Below, in pieces: positions 1 through 11,723 of a DNA stretch of 64,000 nucleotides (positions are counted from its first letter, which is position 1; the number at the start of each line of letters is the position of its first letter). Source of the stretch: Neophaeotheca triangularis (Eukaryota); the NCBI GenBank assembly GCA_054600435.1, contig BAAIJX010000014.1, positions 248,001 to 312,000 of the forward strand, read 5' to 3'. The position numbers and the translations under genes are program-made. The notes under the pieces are model-generated. The model did no database searches. It saw nothing but the letters and a program-made list of their open reading frames with translations, and was not told where the DNA came from.

Positions 1-2133
1 GGTAGAGGTCGGGGAGCTGCGAGAAGTGGTATCAGGACAAGAGGTGGCTTCAGAAAGACTTTTGACAGTCAGCGCATCAAGGATGTCGAGTCGGACAGTG
101 AAGATGCGGGTGCCGAGCAACCAGAACAGGAACTGTCTGAAGAAAGCGAAGAATTGAGTAGCGAAGAGGAAGAAGCGGATGAGGGTACATCGGGCGCACG
201 TTCCTACAATGCGCTCCTGCAGTCTTTTCAGCAGTCAAACACACAGGACCGACGCCAACGCAAAAGGCGCAAACTGGATGTTCCAGATCGCGCAGCTTCT
301 CCAGAATCACAAAGCGAGGCGGAGGGCGAACTTGGTGCCGTGGAAGGCGAAGACGAGAGCATCCCACATGATGTTGAGGATGAGGAAGAAGTAGAAGAGC
401 TTCCACACGATGTTGCCATAGGCCAGGAGGATGAGGAGGGTGCCTCTGATCCCTACGAAATCCATTTTGCGCCCAAGGACGACAATGAGCTTGCCCGACG
501 TCTAAAAGCAGCCACAAACAACCACTGGCGACAAGAGAAGCAGATTGCAGGCGAAAGTACAGTTGCAGTTGCAGTGCCCGAGCCAGCTTCTGGCGCCATA
601 ACTAGAAAGTTAATGTACCGCAAGGCCAACGACTTTTCTTTGAAACAGAAATTGATCGATCCAGCAAAGAAGCACGTCGGCTCATTCAACAATATCCAGC
701 AAGCTCTCGCACCTTATGCGGCTAACTACGCGGACGTTCTGGTTGCCAACCGCACGCCTCAGAATGCGGGCTCATTGCGCAGCTTAGCCTGTTTGCATGC
801 ACTGAACCATATCCTAAAAGGCCGCGACAAGGTTTTGAAGAACACCGCTCGCCTAGCGCGAGCTCCCGATGACGAGGACCTCGAGCTCCGAGACCAGGGC
901 TTCACTCGTCCTAAAGTGCTCCTCTTGACCGAGACTAGGCAGATGGCGTCGAAGTACGCGGAAGAAATCGTTGCTCTCTTCAGTCCAGAGCAACAAGAGA
1001 ACAAGCAGCGTTTCAAAGATTCGTTCAGCGCACCCACTGACGACAGGGACACGATGCCGGAGGATTACCTAGAATTGTTCGACGGCAACAACGATAACTC
1101 ATTCATGACAGGGTTGAAGTTCACAAGAAAGACTTTGAAATACTTCTCAGCCTTCTACACCTCGGACATCATCGTAGCATCGCCACTTGGCTTGCGCCGG
1201 ATTCTCGAACATGAAGACGTCAGAAAGCGAGACCATGATTTCTTATCATCCATCGAGCTATGCATTGTCGACCAAGCAGACGCAATGCAAATGCAAAACT
1301 GGGAAAACGTCGAAGTTGTTTTCAAACACCTCAACCTCCAACCGAAAGACGCTCATGGCGCAGATTTCAGCCGCATCCGCCATTTCTACTTAAACGACCA
1401 AGCCCGCCATTTCCGCCAAACCCTCATTTTCAGCGCCTACACAACGCCAGAAATCACACACCTCTTCAACAACCTCCAAAACCACTCGGGCCGCGCCCGC
1501 ATCACCCCTTCCAGCACCCCAGGCGCCCTAACAAGCACCTCCCAACTCTCACTCAACCTCAAGCAAACCCTAACCCGCTTCCCCTCACCCTCCCCCTCCA
1601 CCGACCCGGACAGCAGATTCAAATACTTCACCACAGCCATCCTACCGACCCTGCTCCGCCTCCCCAAACCCGCCGACAACGCCCCGGGGATCCTCCTCTT
1701 CATCCCCTCCTACTTCGACTTCCTGCGCCTGCGGAACTTCTTCGCAACTTCCCCAACAACCTCGCACGTCTCCTTCGGAACCATCCACGACTACACTTCC
1801 GTCCCCGACCAGCGCCGCGCCCGCAGCCACTTCCTCAGCGGCCGCCATAGCTTCCTGCTGTACACGCAGCGCGCGCATCACTTCTTCCGTCTGAAGCTTA
1901 GGGGCGTCAAGAGGGTTGTGTGTTATGCGTTACCGGATAATCCTGTTTTTTATGAGGAGCTGGTTGGTGGGTTTTTGGGGACTAGTCTTAGTGAGGGCAG
2001 GGTTAGTGCCGAGGAGGCGGGGGCTAGGGCGCTGTTTTCTAAGTGGGATGGTTTGAAGTTGGAACGGGTGGTTGGGAGTGAGAGGGTTAGGAGTCTGGTT
2101 GTGGGGCAGGGGGATGTTTATGAGTTTGTGTAG
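1..2133 (+). CDS. UTP25: U3 snoRNA-associated protein 25 (Utp25/DEF family), 5'-truncated by the window edge
   Basis: Frame 1 is open from base 1 (GRGRGAARSG...); the track's 154 start is TTG. Family motifs RDQGFTRPKVL, FYTSDIIVASPLGLR, DFLSSIE and FIPSYFDFLRLRN; acidic N-terminus. Confidence 0.93.
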   Translation, partial: GRGRGAARSGIRTRGGFRKTFDSQRIKDVESDSEDAGAEQPEQELSEESEELSSEEEEADEGTSGARSYNALLQSFQQSNTQDRRQRKRRKLDVPDRAASPESQSEAEGELGAVEGEDESIPHDVEDEEEVEELPHDVAIGQEDEEGASDPYEIHFAPKDDNELARRLKAATNNHWRQEKQIAGESTVAVAVPEPASGAITRKLMYRKANDFSLKQKLIDPAKKHVGSFNNIQQALAPYAANYADVLVANRTPQNAGSLRSLACLHALNHILKGRDKVLKNTARLARAPDDEDLELRDQGFTRPKVLLLTETRQMASKYAEEIVALFSPEQQENKQRFKDSFSAPTDDRDTMPEDYLELFDGNNDNSFMTGLKFTRKTLKYFSAFYTSDIIVASPLGLRRILEHEDVRKRDHDFLSSIELCIVDQADAMQMQNWENVEVVFKHLNLQPKDAHGADFSRIRHFYLNDQARHFRQTLIFSAYTTPEITHLFNNLQNHSGRARITPSSTPGALTSTSQLSLNLKQTLTRFPSPSPSTDPDSRFKYFTTAILPTLLRLPKPADNAPGILLFIPSYFDFLRLRNFFATSPTTSHVSFGTIHDYTSVPDQRRARSHFLSGRHSFLLYTQRAHHFFRLKLRGVKRVVCYALPDNPVFYEELVGGFLGTSLSEGRVSAEEAGARALFSKWDGLKLERVVGSERVRSLVVGQGDVYEFV

Positions 2134-2349
2134 GGGTGTGCTGTGCTGTGGGGATTAAGCGTATGTTGATGGGCTGCGTTATGTACAGTATTGTTCAAGA
2201 TAAAATGCTACTTCGACTTAACGAAGAAGGAAGACTCAGATTGTCTAAATTGTAACTCTAGCATAATCCTGCCAAGTCTCTAGTTACGTGCAGAAACTAG
2301 CTCAAACCCACGCTTCACACCACACACCCTCCCACGCCCATTAACACCA

Positions 2350-5300
2350 CTAGACCCCCCTTGCCCTTCCAGCCGTCCACCGCCTCCAAGCCCTCCCAAA
2401 CTCACCCACCTCATTCTGCCCTTCCCCCTCACCCTTCCCCCTTCCAACTCCGCTTCCAAAAGCCTCCAGCCGCGCAAAACCACTACCGACCTCACCTTCC
2501 CTTACTCCCTCCCCCTCAAGCCCAACAACCGGCACCATACCCACCCGACCGTGTGCACACACAAAAGGAAAAACACACCCCGCCAACCGCTCAAGCAGCG
2601 CAGCACACTCCCCCACAGTCAAGACATCATTAAACATGACAGCCGAACGGCAAGCGCGGGAGTTGAGGAGGTCGATTACCCCCTTGGGGCAAGATGGCAG
2701 GGCGTGGAGCCAGTTTGGAGCAAGCTCTGGAGAAGCTTGGGTCGAGGAGGCGTTGTTTGGTGCGATCGAGCGGTTTTTGGTTTTAGGAGCGGTCGTGTCG
2801 GCTAGGGTCCAGATTTCGGAACGCAGGAGGTCGATTAGGAGGCGGGGGTGGGCGGTGCAGCGTTCGGAGATGGCTGGGGGGAGAGCGCGGACGGTGAGTC
2901 GGTGTTCGCAGGGTTCGCGAGGTGAGGCGCGGAATTGGGGGGTTAAGGGTTTGAGTGCGGAGGTGTGAAGGTCGTAGAGAATGCCCCAATTGGCGAAATG
3001 GGGAGCGTGGGTGGTGCAGAGGGTGTGGTCTTGGGGAGAGAGCTGGAAGGAGGGCGGTTTGATGAGGAGGGTCGTGGTGATTGAGGATTTGGCCCCGGTG
3101 TTCGAGGTGAAGGTTGAGGAGGGGGCGGATGGGGATGGCGGCGTGCAGAGTTCGGCGAAGAGGGTTTCAAGGATCACGCGCTCCGAGGCGGCGTGTTGGT
3201 CTACGAGAACCACGGTGGAGTTGTCCGGTGTTTCTGCCGAAGAGTTCAGAGCCGGCATCTTGCAGAGAATAAATTTTCGGTCGACTTGCGCGATGACTTG
3301 AGCGTGCTTAAGACCCTTCTTGGATAATTGGCTCATCCCGACTGCGCCGATATGTTGGAACTGCTGATCAATGGAAAGGTGCTTGCATCTTTGAGCGGTT
3401 GCTTCTTCGAGGGTTGAGCCACTACCTTCAAATGCGGCTACGGGAATGCTTTCTTCGTTTTGTCGGCTAAAGACAGGGTTTTTCCAATCCTTGAGAAAGC
3501 CCGGAAGCCAGACGCCAGTATCAACTGGAGGTCTAGACGGCGCCTGGTGGGACTTGCTTAGTGCTATCCGGGAAGCAGAAAGTCGGTCATCGATGGCTGC
3601 TGGTCGCCTTTTGCCAGCATCAGTCGAAGAACCCACTTTAAGCAACGGCAGCACGACACCGGTGCGATTGTTGACGCGGTACTCTTGCTTCGTGATAGGG
3701 TCAACCCAGGTTGTTACAGTTTCGTCCTGGATATTCTCATGCCAATGCTCGCTTTCCACATCAGGTAAAGGGAGTGCGTCTTGAGCGTCGGCAATTTCTG
3801 GCCATTCTAGTTGCTGTGCAATACCCAGTAGTCCACCTTCGTCAACGCTACCGAAGTCATCGCTTGCATGTTCTTGTCCCTTTTGGGGAGAGACCAAGTC
3901 GCGAGCTAGTTCGGCCTTGGATGCATGCACGCGCAGTGAGTTCGTTCGCTGCGGTCGAGTAGATGCGACTGACGGAACACGAATAGATGTCACTGATTCA
4001 GGACCGCGATGATCCCCCATAGACTCGGCCTGCCGAGACGGTGCGGTGGCGGGCTTTTCGTTCTCCCATATGTCATTGTAGAATGAGTCCCGGCCACTCT
4101 TGATGCGACTCCAGGAGGTGAAGTACGTGCTCTGATTGCGTGCCATTGAACTTTCGGCTGCGCCTGTAGTGCTCGGTCGCTGAGGCGTTGAAGTGAGCTG
4201 CCTTCGCTTAGCCGGCACCGGAGTCGATGAATGTGAGGGTGTCCGTTTCAGTGATGGCAGGGTCAAGGATTTTCGCACGACGGGAGACTGTGCTCGTGAA
4301 TTCGAAGCGGAAGAGTTTGAAGTGGAGGCGGAAGGCGCTGTCTGCAAATCGTTCTTCCGGCGACTCCTTTTCTGGGGCCGGAAGTGGTGAGCTGTTAGCC
4401 ACTCGGTCGTAGTAGCTTCCAAGACCTCGATTAAGCCCTTTAGTTGCCGGTCGCTCACACTATCGTTTACAGGCTGAAGAGCGGCGATCTCTTTGAACTT
4501 GACCTGCAGCACGAACATTGGATGTCTGTCGACACTCTTTCTGCCTTGGAGCTGCTGTCGGGTGAAACCATCGGCCTTGTAACGACGATCGCTCTTTCTA
4601 CGATCTTTCTCGGTTTCGTCAACTTCTTCATCGGCCACTGTGCCAAAACTGCTGTTGTGGAAGATTTTGTTGACGACCTCGTAGAGCTCGTTGTGACCGG
4701 AGCTAGGGAGGCAAGGTCTAACCCCTACGCTGATAAACTGGCATTGCTTGGTTGGTGATCCGTCAAGACAAATGGAACCTCTGACCGAGATCTGCAAGGT
4801 AGAGGCAGATACAGGTACCCATCTATTACGCGAGTCGACCGACATGAGTCCGGCTTGGGTGAGAAGCGGGAGCGCATCTCGGAGGTCAAACTTGGCGCTT
4901 TTCCCAGCTAGCTGATTCAGACTTTTCTCGGTAAGCGCATTCGCGACGTGAGGATGATAGGCTGCCAGCTTAAGATCCTTGTTATCATTCGAAGAGTCTT
5001 GAATTCGGACAGCACATGGTTTCGGCCACGCAAGTAACAACGCAACGATGCCGCGCTTCAGTTCCATCCAGGCCCTTTCGTCTTCGCTTCCTACCTCCGT
5101 AGTCAGAGTTCGCTGCTTAACCCGCACGGGTATATTGCCAAAGAGGTCGTGCACGGTCACTGCGGTTCCGTGGGTCGCGAATCTTGCCAATTCGCTACCA
5201 GTGGTGGATGGCACGTGCCGGGAGATTACCTTGCCTTGGTGCATAGAGATCGTCGCCTGTTGGTCGCCGTCGCCATGTTGAGAAGTTACACTAAGTAATG

Positions 5301-5646
5301 AAAGTGCAGCGAGCGAGGCCAGGTAAGTGCCGGTACGGCCGTGTATCTCTGCTTTGCCGTTGGGACTGCGTTTGGACGTGTGATAAAGCTTGCCGAGACC
5401 CCCGAACTCGGTGAACTCGACTGGTTTCATCCCTTCGCCGTTGTCTTCGACAGAACAGCCGCCTTTTCGGAAGTCGACATTAATATGGACCTTGCTAGCT
5501 TGAGCATCCAAACAGTTCTCCAACAGGGCGAGGACAACACCTTGTAGGTTGGTGATGTTTTTCGAAGAGTGAATTTGAGCAATGGCATCCGGTGGAAGAG
5601 GTAATATGTGGGCATTGCTTTGCTCTTTTACCACGTGGGTCGCCAT
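2350..5646 (-). CDS. MLH3: MutL-family mismatch repair / meiotic endonuclease Mlh3
   Basis: N-terminal GHKL ATPase (LLENCLDA, VEDNGEG, GTAVTVHDLFGNIPVR). C-terminal endonuclease motif DQHAASERVILE plus ACRSAVMFND and CAHGR. First ATG is at 5646 (5703 is TTG). Confidence 0.9.
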   Translation of the reverse strand: MATHVVKEQSNAHILPLPPDAIAQIHSSKNITNLQGVVLALLENCLDAQASKVHINVDFRKGGCSVEDNGEGMKPVEFTEFGGLGKLYHTSKRSPNGKAEIHGRTGTYLASLAALSLLSVTSQHGDGDQQATISMHQGKVISRHVPSTTGSELARFATHGTAVTVHDLFGNIPVRVKQRTLTTEVGSEDERAWMELKRGIVALLLAWPKPCAVRIQDSSNDNKDLKLAAYHPHVANALTEKSLNQLAGKSAKFDLRDALPLLTQAGLMSVDSRNRWVPVSASTLQISVRGSICLDGSPTKQCQFISVGVRPCLPSSGHNELYEVVNKIFHNSSFGTVADEEVDETEKDRRKSDRRYKADGFTRQQLQGRKSVDRHPMFVLQVKFKEIAALQPVNDSVSDRQLKGLIEVLEATTTEWLTAHHFRPQKRSRRKNDLQTAPSASTSNSSASNSRAQSPVVRKSLTLPSLKRTPSHSSTPVPAKRRQLTSTPQRPSTTGAAESSMARNQSTYFTSWSRIKSGRDSFYNDIWENEKPATAPSRQAESMGDHRGPESVTSIRVPSVASTRPQRTNSLRVHASKAELARDLVSPQKGQEHASDDFGSVDEGGLLGIAQQLEWPEIADAQDALPLPDVESEHWHENIQDETVTTWVDPITKQEYRVNNRTGVVLPLLKVGSSTDAGKRRPAAIDDRLSASRIALSKSHQAPSRPPVDTGVWLPGFLKDWKNPVFSRQNEESIPVAAFEGSGSTLEEATAQRCKHLSIDQQFQHIGAVGMSQLSKKGLKHAQVIAQVDRKFILCKMPALNSSAETPDNSTVVLVDQHAASERVILETLFAELCTPPSPSAPSSTFTSNTGAKSSITTTLLIKPPSFQLSPQDHTLCTTHAPHFANWGILYDLHTSALKPLTPQFRASPREPCEHRLTVRALPPAISERCTAHPRLLIDLLRSEIWTLADTTAPKTKNRSIAPNNASSTQASPELAPNWLHALPSCPKGVIDLLNSRACRSAVMFNDVLTVGECAALLERLAGCVFPFVCAHGRVGMVPVVGLEGEGVREGEVGSGFARLEAFGSGVGRGKGEGEGQNEVGEFGRAWRRWTAGRARGV

Positions 5647-6523
5647 TATCCTGTTCAGTGTCTGGCCTAGGCCTGTGGTAGGCTGTCTCAAGGTGGTGGC
5701 CAATAATGCTTCCAGTGGTTTGTTTGATGCCTGATGAGAAGCATTTAGAGAGATAGTGATGCGTCGAGGAGCTGAGAAGCGAGTTGATCGATTTGTATCA
5801 GCGACTACAAGCGAATGGAAGAGTGTAACGTGGAAGAATCTAAGTGTTGTCCGTTGTCCGTTGTCGAGGTCACGGAAGATGAAGTCTGCTCTAATCTGGT
5901 TGGAAGTCAGAGGAAGGTTAAGTTAGGTTTTGACTAACCCCAAAGATGATGCTTGGCAGGTGAGGTGCTGCAGCCTGCAGGGACGCCGGACGGGACCTCG
6001 GGAGGTGACGCAGCAGCAACCAGCAAGCAAGCCATGTGGCTGATGTGGCTGATGTGACCCCTGCCACTATGCACTTCCCGGACCTCACTAGGTATAACTA
6101 AGGTAAGGTAGTACTAACTAAGTTAACGGCCGAACGGTCTTGTCCAGACAACACAACGGGCGGCGAGACGAGACGAGACGAGACGACACAACCAAGCTGA
6201 CATCCAATACCGTCTGTCTCGAATAACAAAACAACCCCCTATACCACTGGTCACTCAACTACACGTGATAGAGAGATACGCTCTCTTAAACCCCCACGCC
6301 TCGGCACATCCGATCGCAACCCCCCCTCGAGGCACAGGGTCCACGCGTAGCAGGTAGCCCAGGCCTATAGGTGGTGCTACGTAGCTACAGCTCTCTTCGC
6401 CCGCTGAGATAGGAATCTCGCACAAGCCCAATAAGCACAGCGCTTCGAGGTCGCATCAAGACACTGCAAGAGACTGCCTCCAAAGACCATCACCGCCAGG
6501 CACCAATCCCACCAACAGCAGCC

Positions 6524-8092
6524 ATGGCTAGCGCTGAGGTTGCTACTAGACCTCCTGGTAGGTCCTGCTCTCTCACGCTCAACCGCGCGACGATGCCCTT
6601 TCGCACTCCTATTTGGCCTTTGAGTGCGCTTGCTGACCGAATCTCCACAGACCGCCCGAATAAGAGACGACCTTTCGCAGCTTGGGTACGACGGTTGGCC
6701 AACTTGAAGAGCAGTGACCCGCAAAGCAATGGCAACTCCAACAATAAAAAGAACTCCGGCTCAAAGCATGGCAAGAAATCCAGCAACAAGAACAATCCCT
6801 ATCCGGAGTCGGGTCACATGCGGCCACAGTCACCAGCTAGTAGCGCCAATGGCCACCTCTCTTTTGCGGATCCAGCCCCAAGAATGCATCACGACAACTG
6901 CAGCTATGGATCTCTGCCGCCGAGCATGCTACATGATGGAAAGGAGGGCCAAAGCAACAGCAACAAGAGCAACGCACCAACATTAGCAACGAACCCAGAG
7001 ACTGTGCACAGCGATGCCGGCCATAGCAAGGCCTTCACAAATACCACGGGAGCCGGCGCACTCAGTTCCAACGATGGTGCAGGCGTATGCAGCACTTTTA
7101 GCTCCCCAAACCAGAGCGAGCACTCTCTCACCACAACCTTGACAACAATCCAATCGTCCTCAGCCTCCCAAGCGCTCCATCCTCACGGCCCATCAGGTCA
7201 CCATTCATCCTCGCATCACCAATCTAACCAGCAACCCGTCATGTTCAGCCACCAATACCCAGTCTCTCCTGCCCCCTCAACCGCAAACACTATTTCAGCG
7301 ATCCCACCACACATGTCCTCGACCCACAGCAACCCGCAAAACTACGCCTCGGCAACCGCTAATAACGCCCACAACGACAATGCCAGCATCCTCACCCTCG
7401 CCTCATCCTCGAAACGCCGCCGCCGAAGCATGGACACCGACGCCTCGGTGCGCGCCCTAGCCCCGAGCAGTGTCTGGGGCGGCAGCCGTGAATCCCTCCC
7501 ATTGAGTGTACTCTCCCAAAACTACGCCAACACCGCGTCCGACGCCGCCAGTACCACAGGCATTTACAGCGCCAGCCAAAGCCGGCCCTCAATCGGCGGC
7601 CTCGCCTCCGCTGAACGCGCAAGCATCTACAGCGGCTCCGGCCAAGGCGTGACAGGCCCAGCTCTCGCCAGCGAACGCAACAGCTACTACAAAGGCGCTT
7701 CCAAAAGCGGCGGAAACGACTACAGCGACGCCAAATCCCTCCGCAGCCTCACCAACATCGACGCTCGCAGCCAATACGGCGATACCAAAAGCCAGTACGA
7801 CGCGCGAAGTCTGAATTACGATGCCAAAAGCTTGGATGTCGGGTCGCTGAGGAATTATGAGGGGAGTGTAAGGAGTGGCGCTCTTGGGCATTCGCGAAAT
7901 GATAGCGTGCCGAATAGCATCGGTAGTCCGCTTGTTAGTCCTGGGTTTAGAAGGGGCGAGGCGCTCAGTCGGCGGAGCAGCGATTGGCAGACTGCGCAGG
8001 TTGAGGAAGGGGAAGGGGGGGAGGAGGATGTTGGGGTCGATGTGAGTGGCGAGGGGGAAGAAGCCGGGAAGCGGAAGGGGAGTGAAGTTTAG
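6524..8092 (+). CDS. Ser-rich, largely disordered fungal hypothetical protein
   Basis: 522-aa uninterrupted ORF with a compact block ASILTLASSSKRRRRSMDTDASVRALAPSSVWGGSRESLPLSVLS. No catalytic domain recognised. Confidence 0.75.
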   Translation: MASAEVATRPPGRSCSLTLNRATMPFRTPIWPLSALADRISTDRPNKRRPFAAWVRRLANLKSSDPQSNGNSNNKKNSGSKHGKKSSNKNNPYPESGHMRPQSPASSANGHLSFADPAPRMHHDNCSYGSLPPSMLHDGKEGQSNSNKSNAPTLATNPETVHSDAGHSKAFTNTTGAGALSSNDGAGVCSTFSSPNQSEHSLTTTLTTIQSSSASQALHPHGPSGHHSSSHHQSNQQPVMFSHQYPVSPAPSTANTISAIPPHMSSTHSNPQNYASATANNAHNDNASILTLASSSKRRRRSMDTDASVRALAPSSVWGGSRESLPLSVLSQNYANTASDAASTTGIYSASQSRPSIGGLASAERASIYSGSGQGVTGPALASERNSYYKGASKSGGNDYSDAKSLRSLTNIDARSQYGDTKSQYDARSLNYDAKSLDVGSLRNYEGSVRSGALGHSRNDSVPNSIGSPLVSPGFRRGEALSRRSSDWQTAQVEEGEGGEEDVGVDVSGEGEEAGKRKGSEV

Positions 8093-8734
8093 CGTAGCGT
8101 TGGGGCGGACTGCCTCGTGGGTGAGCGTGGGCATCTATATTGTACTTTCTTGGGACAGAGGGGTTGGGAGTTTCGATAATGTTTGAATTTGGAGCTTTTT
8201 TGTCGGATCAATGGAAGACCAGTTAGATACTCCCATAGGCCTATCTGCGTAGTAGCACCAGAGGGCCTCGCAATGCATCCCTTTTTTGGTTTTTAAGTAC
8301 GTTCTCTGTTCTAATCACTCATGCATTCAACGAGGAAGCGATTGCTTCGGTTTTGGGTTAATTGAGTGCTCGAAGCGTAGTCGCTTTTTGCTAGATAGCC
8401 CGACTGTTACAAGTACCGTTCCAACGGCCTCGCGACAGCACACATATCTAGCAGTGAATTTCTGCCTACTTGGGCGCCAGTTGAGGGTCACAAACAGATC
8501 CAGTTATCCCTGCCTCTCGACAGAAACCAAGACCTCCTCTTACTCACCCATCCACAAAACCCCCCAACAGGCTCCCCCTCGCGCAGACTCCCTGCCATCC
8601 CTCCTCTCCCAACGCTCCCCCTCACCCACTTCCCCTCCTCCCTTGCCTTCCCACCCCCATTCCCACACTACCTAGGTAGTCCTCAACCTCCCACCCCCTC
8701 ATCCATCCACCAACGACCCCACGAGAAAACCCCC

Positions 8735-9280
8735 TCACCCACCCCCCTCCAACCTCCCCCCAAACCTCCCTTCCCACCTCCCCAAACTCTCCCCCGCCTT
8801 AGCATCAACCCCACAAGTCGACCCAACCCTGCGAACCAAGTCCAAACCCTCACGAAACCGCCGCAAATAATACAATTCCCCTACCGCATAACCCAAGAGC
8901 GCGAAGTCCTTTTTGCTGAGCCTTGGTTTGGGCTGCGGCGCTGCTGGTGTGTCCTCCTCCTTCTTCTCCTTTTCTTCTTTCTTTGCTCTCTCTTTCTCCT
9001 CGTCGCTGTCGTTCGCTTGGTTGGGCTGTTGCGATGACGCTTGGAGTTCGTCGAGCCGCGCGACAAAGTGCGCGTAGCTGTCGCCTAGTTGTGGTTGAAG
9101 CGGGGTGTAAGTTTTCTTTTGCGAGAGGAATTGGGACTCGGTTTGATGGCCGCGCGGGTGCGGTGTAATCGGGGTGTCCGAGGCGAGGGGGAGGGCGTAG
9201 AGGTCAGGGTCGGTCGTTATTGCTTGGAGGCCTGTGTCTGCGGGGTTTGGGTCGGCGAAGGGGAGGGTGGGGGAGGTCAT
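8735..9280 (-). CDS. Hypothetical protein (~181 aa)
   Basis: ATG at 9280 (9370 is TTG). Charged linker followed by helical-looking LLGYAVGELYYLRRFREGLDLV. Shows the same 3' base-composition pattern as neighbouring genes. Confidence 0.6.
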   Translation of the reverse strand: MTSPTLPFADPNPADTGLQAITTDPDLYALPLASDTPITPHPRGHQTESQFLSQKKTYTPLQPQLGDSYAHFVARLDELQASSQQPNQANDSDEEKERAKKEEKEKKEEDTPAAPQPKPRLSKKDFALLGYAVGELYYLRRFREGLDLVRRVGSTCGVDAKAGESLGRWEGRFGGRLEGGG

Positions 9281-9648
9281 TTGGGGTTGGTTGAGATGCA
9301 GGTGTAGATGGGTGGGTAGAAGGGTTGGAGGGGTTGAGTTGCAGGTACGTGATTCGCGTTGTTTTGGCAAAAAGTGGATGGCAGTTTCGATGATTGCACG
9401 TCACGTTAGAGGGAAGGCTGGGTTTTTGTTGGATCGATACCACACTATAAACTACAGTACACATGAAAGAAGCCGATAGGCACCGACACTACCCGTGGCT
9501 GAGTAGGAGGGCTCGCAAAAACAAAGCAACAAGCATCAGCACCACTCCAACTCTAGGCACGCCGATTTCCCATTCGCACTACTTCCAATTTGCCGCATGA
9601 GCGCATCATCGTAGGTCTTGAGGTTCTCGAGGCGGTAGTATTAAACCC

Positions 9649-10302
9649 TTAGTCGAAGGGGTTGGAGCGGGTGCCCCACCAGGTCATGAACATGGACAGA
9701 CCGACAGTCTCGAAGACACGGGCAAGGGCGCCAACGGCAACGGTGTCGAGGGGACGCTTCTCGGTGAAGATCTGGGCGATGAACTGGGAATGCCGCGTTA
9801 GTTGCTACTCTTGTTTGAGGGTTCACAGACGTCAGATGAAACGTACAGAAGGAGCAGAGCTGGCCATGAAGACCAAGCTACCCATGTAAGCAGCGCCCTT
9901 GTAGCTCAGAGTGCCAGTGGCATTGAGCAGAGCACCGACGCCGTAAGACTGGACGGCAGAGCCGACGAGGGAGGTACCCCATGCGGCAGCGGCGGAAGCA
10001 GCCTCCTTGGACTTGAAGAACTCCTCCTTGGAGTTGGCGGCCTGGGCCTGGCGGTAGGTGTCGCCGAAGACGGGGCCAAGGACCGCGAGAGAGGCGGCGT
10101 GGTTGAAGACGGTGCCGAGGGCAATGGCAGAGGGCTTGACGGGAGGAAGGTAGTCTGTAGGAGGGAGAGGGTGTTAATGGTCATACTCGATGCGATTGCG
10201 CGGTTTTCGAGGTGTTTTCTGCCGTCACAACAAACATTGCGGGGTTGGACGCAGCAGCTATTGAGTTGGCGTGGGTGGAGGGTGCGACTTACGGAGAGAC
10301 AT
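9649..10302 (-). CDS. DUF1761-like small multi-pass membrane protein, 3 exons (10302-10293, 10154-9847, 9783-9649), 150 aa
   Basis: Spliced by eye: MSLHYLPPVKPSAIALGTVFNHAASLAVLGPVFGDTY...GVGALLNATGTLSYKGAAYMGSLVFMASSAPSFIAQIFTEKRPLDTVAVGALARVFETVGLSMFMTWWGTRSNPFD*. Introns GTAAGT..CAG and GTACGT..CAG; total 453 nt, in frame; strong C-ending codon bias. Confidence 0.85.
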
Positions 10303-10888
10303 GTTGATGGTGTTTGTGTGTGTTTGGGGGGTGGTTGGATTAGTGTTCTTGGGGGTGGATTGGGTGTTGTTGTTGTTGTGGTGGATGAGGAGGAAAAGTG
10401 AAGAGATGCGATGGGAGAGGGTGAAGAGAGTAGAGAGGGAGAGAGAGCGGGCAACCTGCTTCGGCTTCGACGTGCCAGGCGTCTGTGCGCGTGGCTTGTG
10501 CCATGTGACATCATGCGCTAGTTGAGAGTCCAGAAGCTCGGGTGTTTGCGCTGCTTGAGCTTGGGCAATCCATCGTCGATATAAGGTAAGGTAACTTTGG
10601 GGCGGAAACAATGGAAACAATGCAATTGTTGCGTCAATCAATACAGACACTCATTCTTGGGACGGCACGCCTCATTCAATGCCATAATGACGGCGGATAT
10701 CACGAAGACGAAGACGCTATCGACGACGCATCACAACAAGCACACTCTTAAGCAATCGAGGAAATGACTCGAGTCCCCTACTCAACCAAGACAAAAGACT
10801 AGGCTAGGTCATCGCTGAGCCAGCGACTCAAGCAAACATTGACTATTTGAACGAACCTGCTCGCTTCATCACGGCAGCATGACCTCCC

Positions 10889-11723
10889 TCACGCCAACTC
10901 AGGCTGGTCGTTCTCAGCAGAAACCCCCTGATTCTGAGGAAGCCACGCTTCATCCTCCCTACTCACAACAATCTCATGAACCGGCAGCCTCCCATCAACA
11001 ATCTCCCTCCCATTCACCAAATCGTTCTCATCCGCTCTCCTCCCCGCAGCCTCCTCATTCTCCGCAATCCCACTCACCACATGCCTAGCCATCAGCCTCT
11101 TCCTCGCAACTTGCATTTCCACATCCACAAACCACAGCTCGTCCATCATCTCCGCCGCCTCTTTCCACTCTTGTGCCCCCGTCCCTAGGCTCAAGTAGTT
11201 ACCCTCAAACACAACGATCCGCGAGGCAGGTGCAATGGGGATATCGTTCTGGACGGGGTCTTTGACGGCGTGGTCGAAAGACGGCGCGTAGAGGGTGCCG
11301 GATTCGGGACAAATGGGCGCGCGCAGGGCCTTGACGAGCTTCAGAAATGCCGGCGCGTCGAAGGTGAAGGCCGCGCCCCGGCGAGCGTGCGCGGTGTTGG
11401 GGTCTGGCATCGCGTCCAGCTGGGCGCGCGATAGGTGGTAGCCGTCCATGGGGAGGAAGGTCGCGATACCCGGCCCTGCTGCCAGACCGGGCTTTTCGGC
11501 CGCATGGCGTTTGTTGAGTTCGAGAGCGACTTTGGAGGCGAGTGTGGTTTTGCCTGAGGGTGTTGGTGAGTTTTGTACGTCAGGCGGGGGAAGGTATTAT
11601 TGATCGCCATAGCGTACCTGAACCGGGGATCCCGCTAACAGCGATCATGAAGCGCTGGCTTTTGGGCGTCTCTTGGAATTTGCGCCATGTTTGGTCGACT
11701 AGCCTGCTGACTTGTTCTTCCAT
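10889..11723 (-). CDS. YFH7: P-loop kinase, phosphoribulokinase/uridine kinase family (Yfh7-like); intron 11554-11617
   Basis: Walker A GIPGSG|KTT is split by a 64-nt GT..AG intron. Motifs PMDGYHLSRAQL, RRGAAFTFD, YAPSFDHAVKDP and VVFEGNYL. Confidence 0.85.

Noticed and set aside
5732..5775. TGATGA...CTGA C/D-box-like pair upstream of MLH3
   Set aside because: Only ~44 nt and no terminal stem; too short for a snoRNA.
9802..10514. 199- and 202-aa ORFs over the DUF1761-like gene, and similar long shadow ORFs (16409-17185, 41334-42044, 44807-45565, 51325-52221)
   Set aside because: Antisense or alternative-frame shadows of codon-biased genes.
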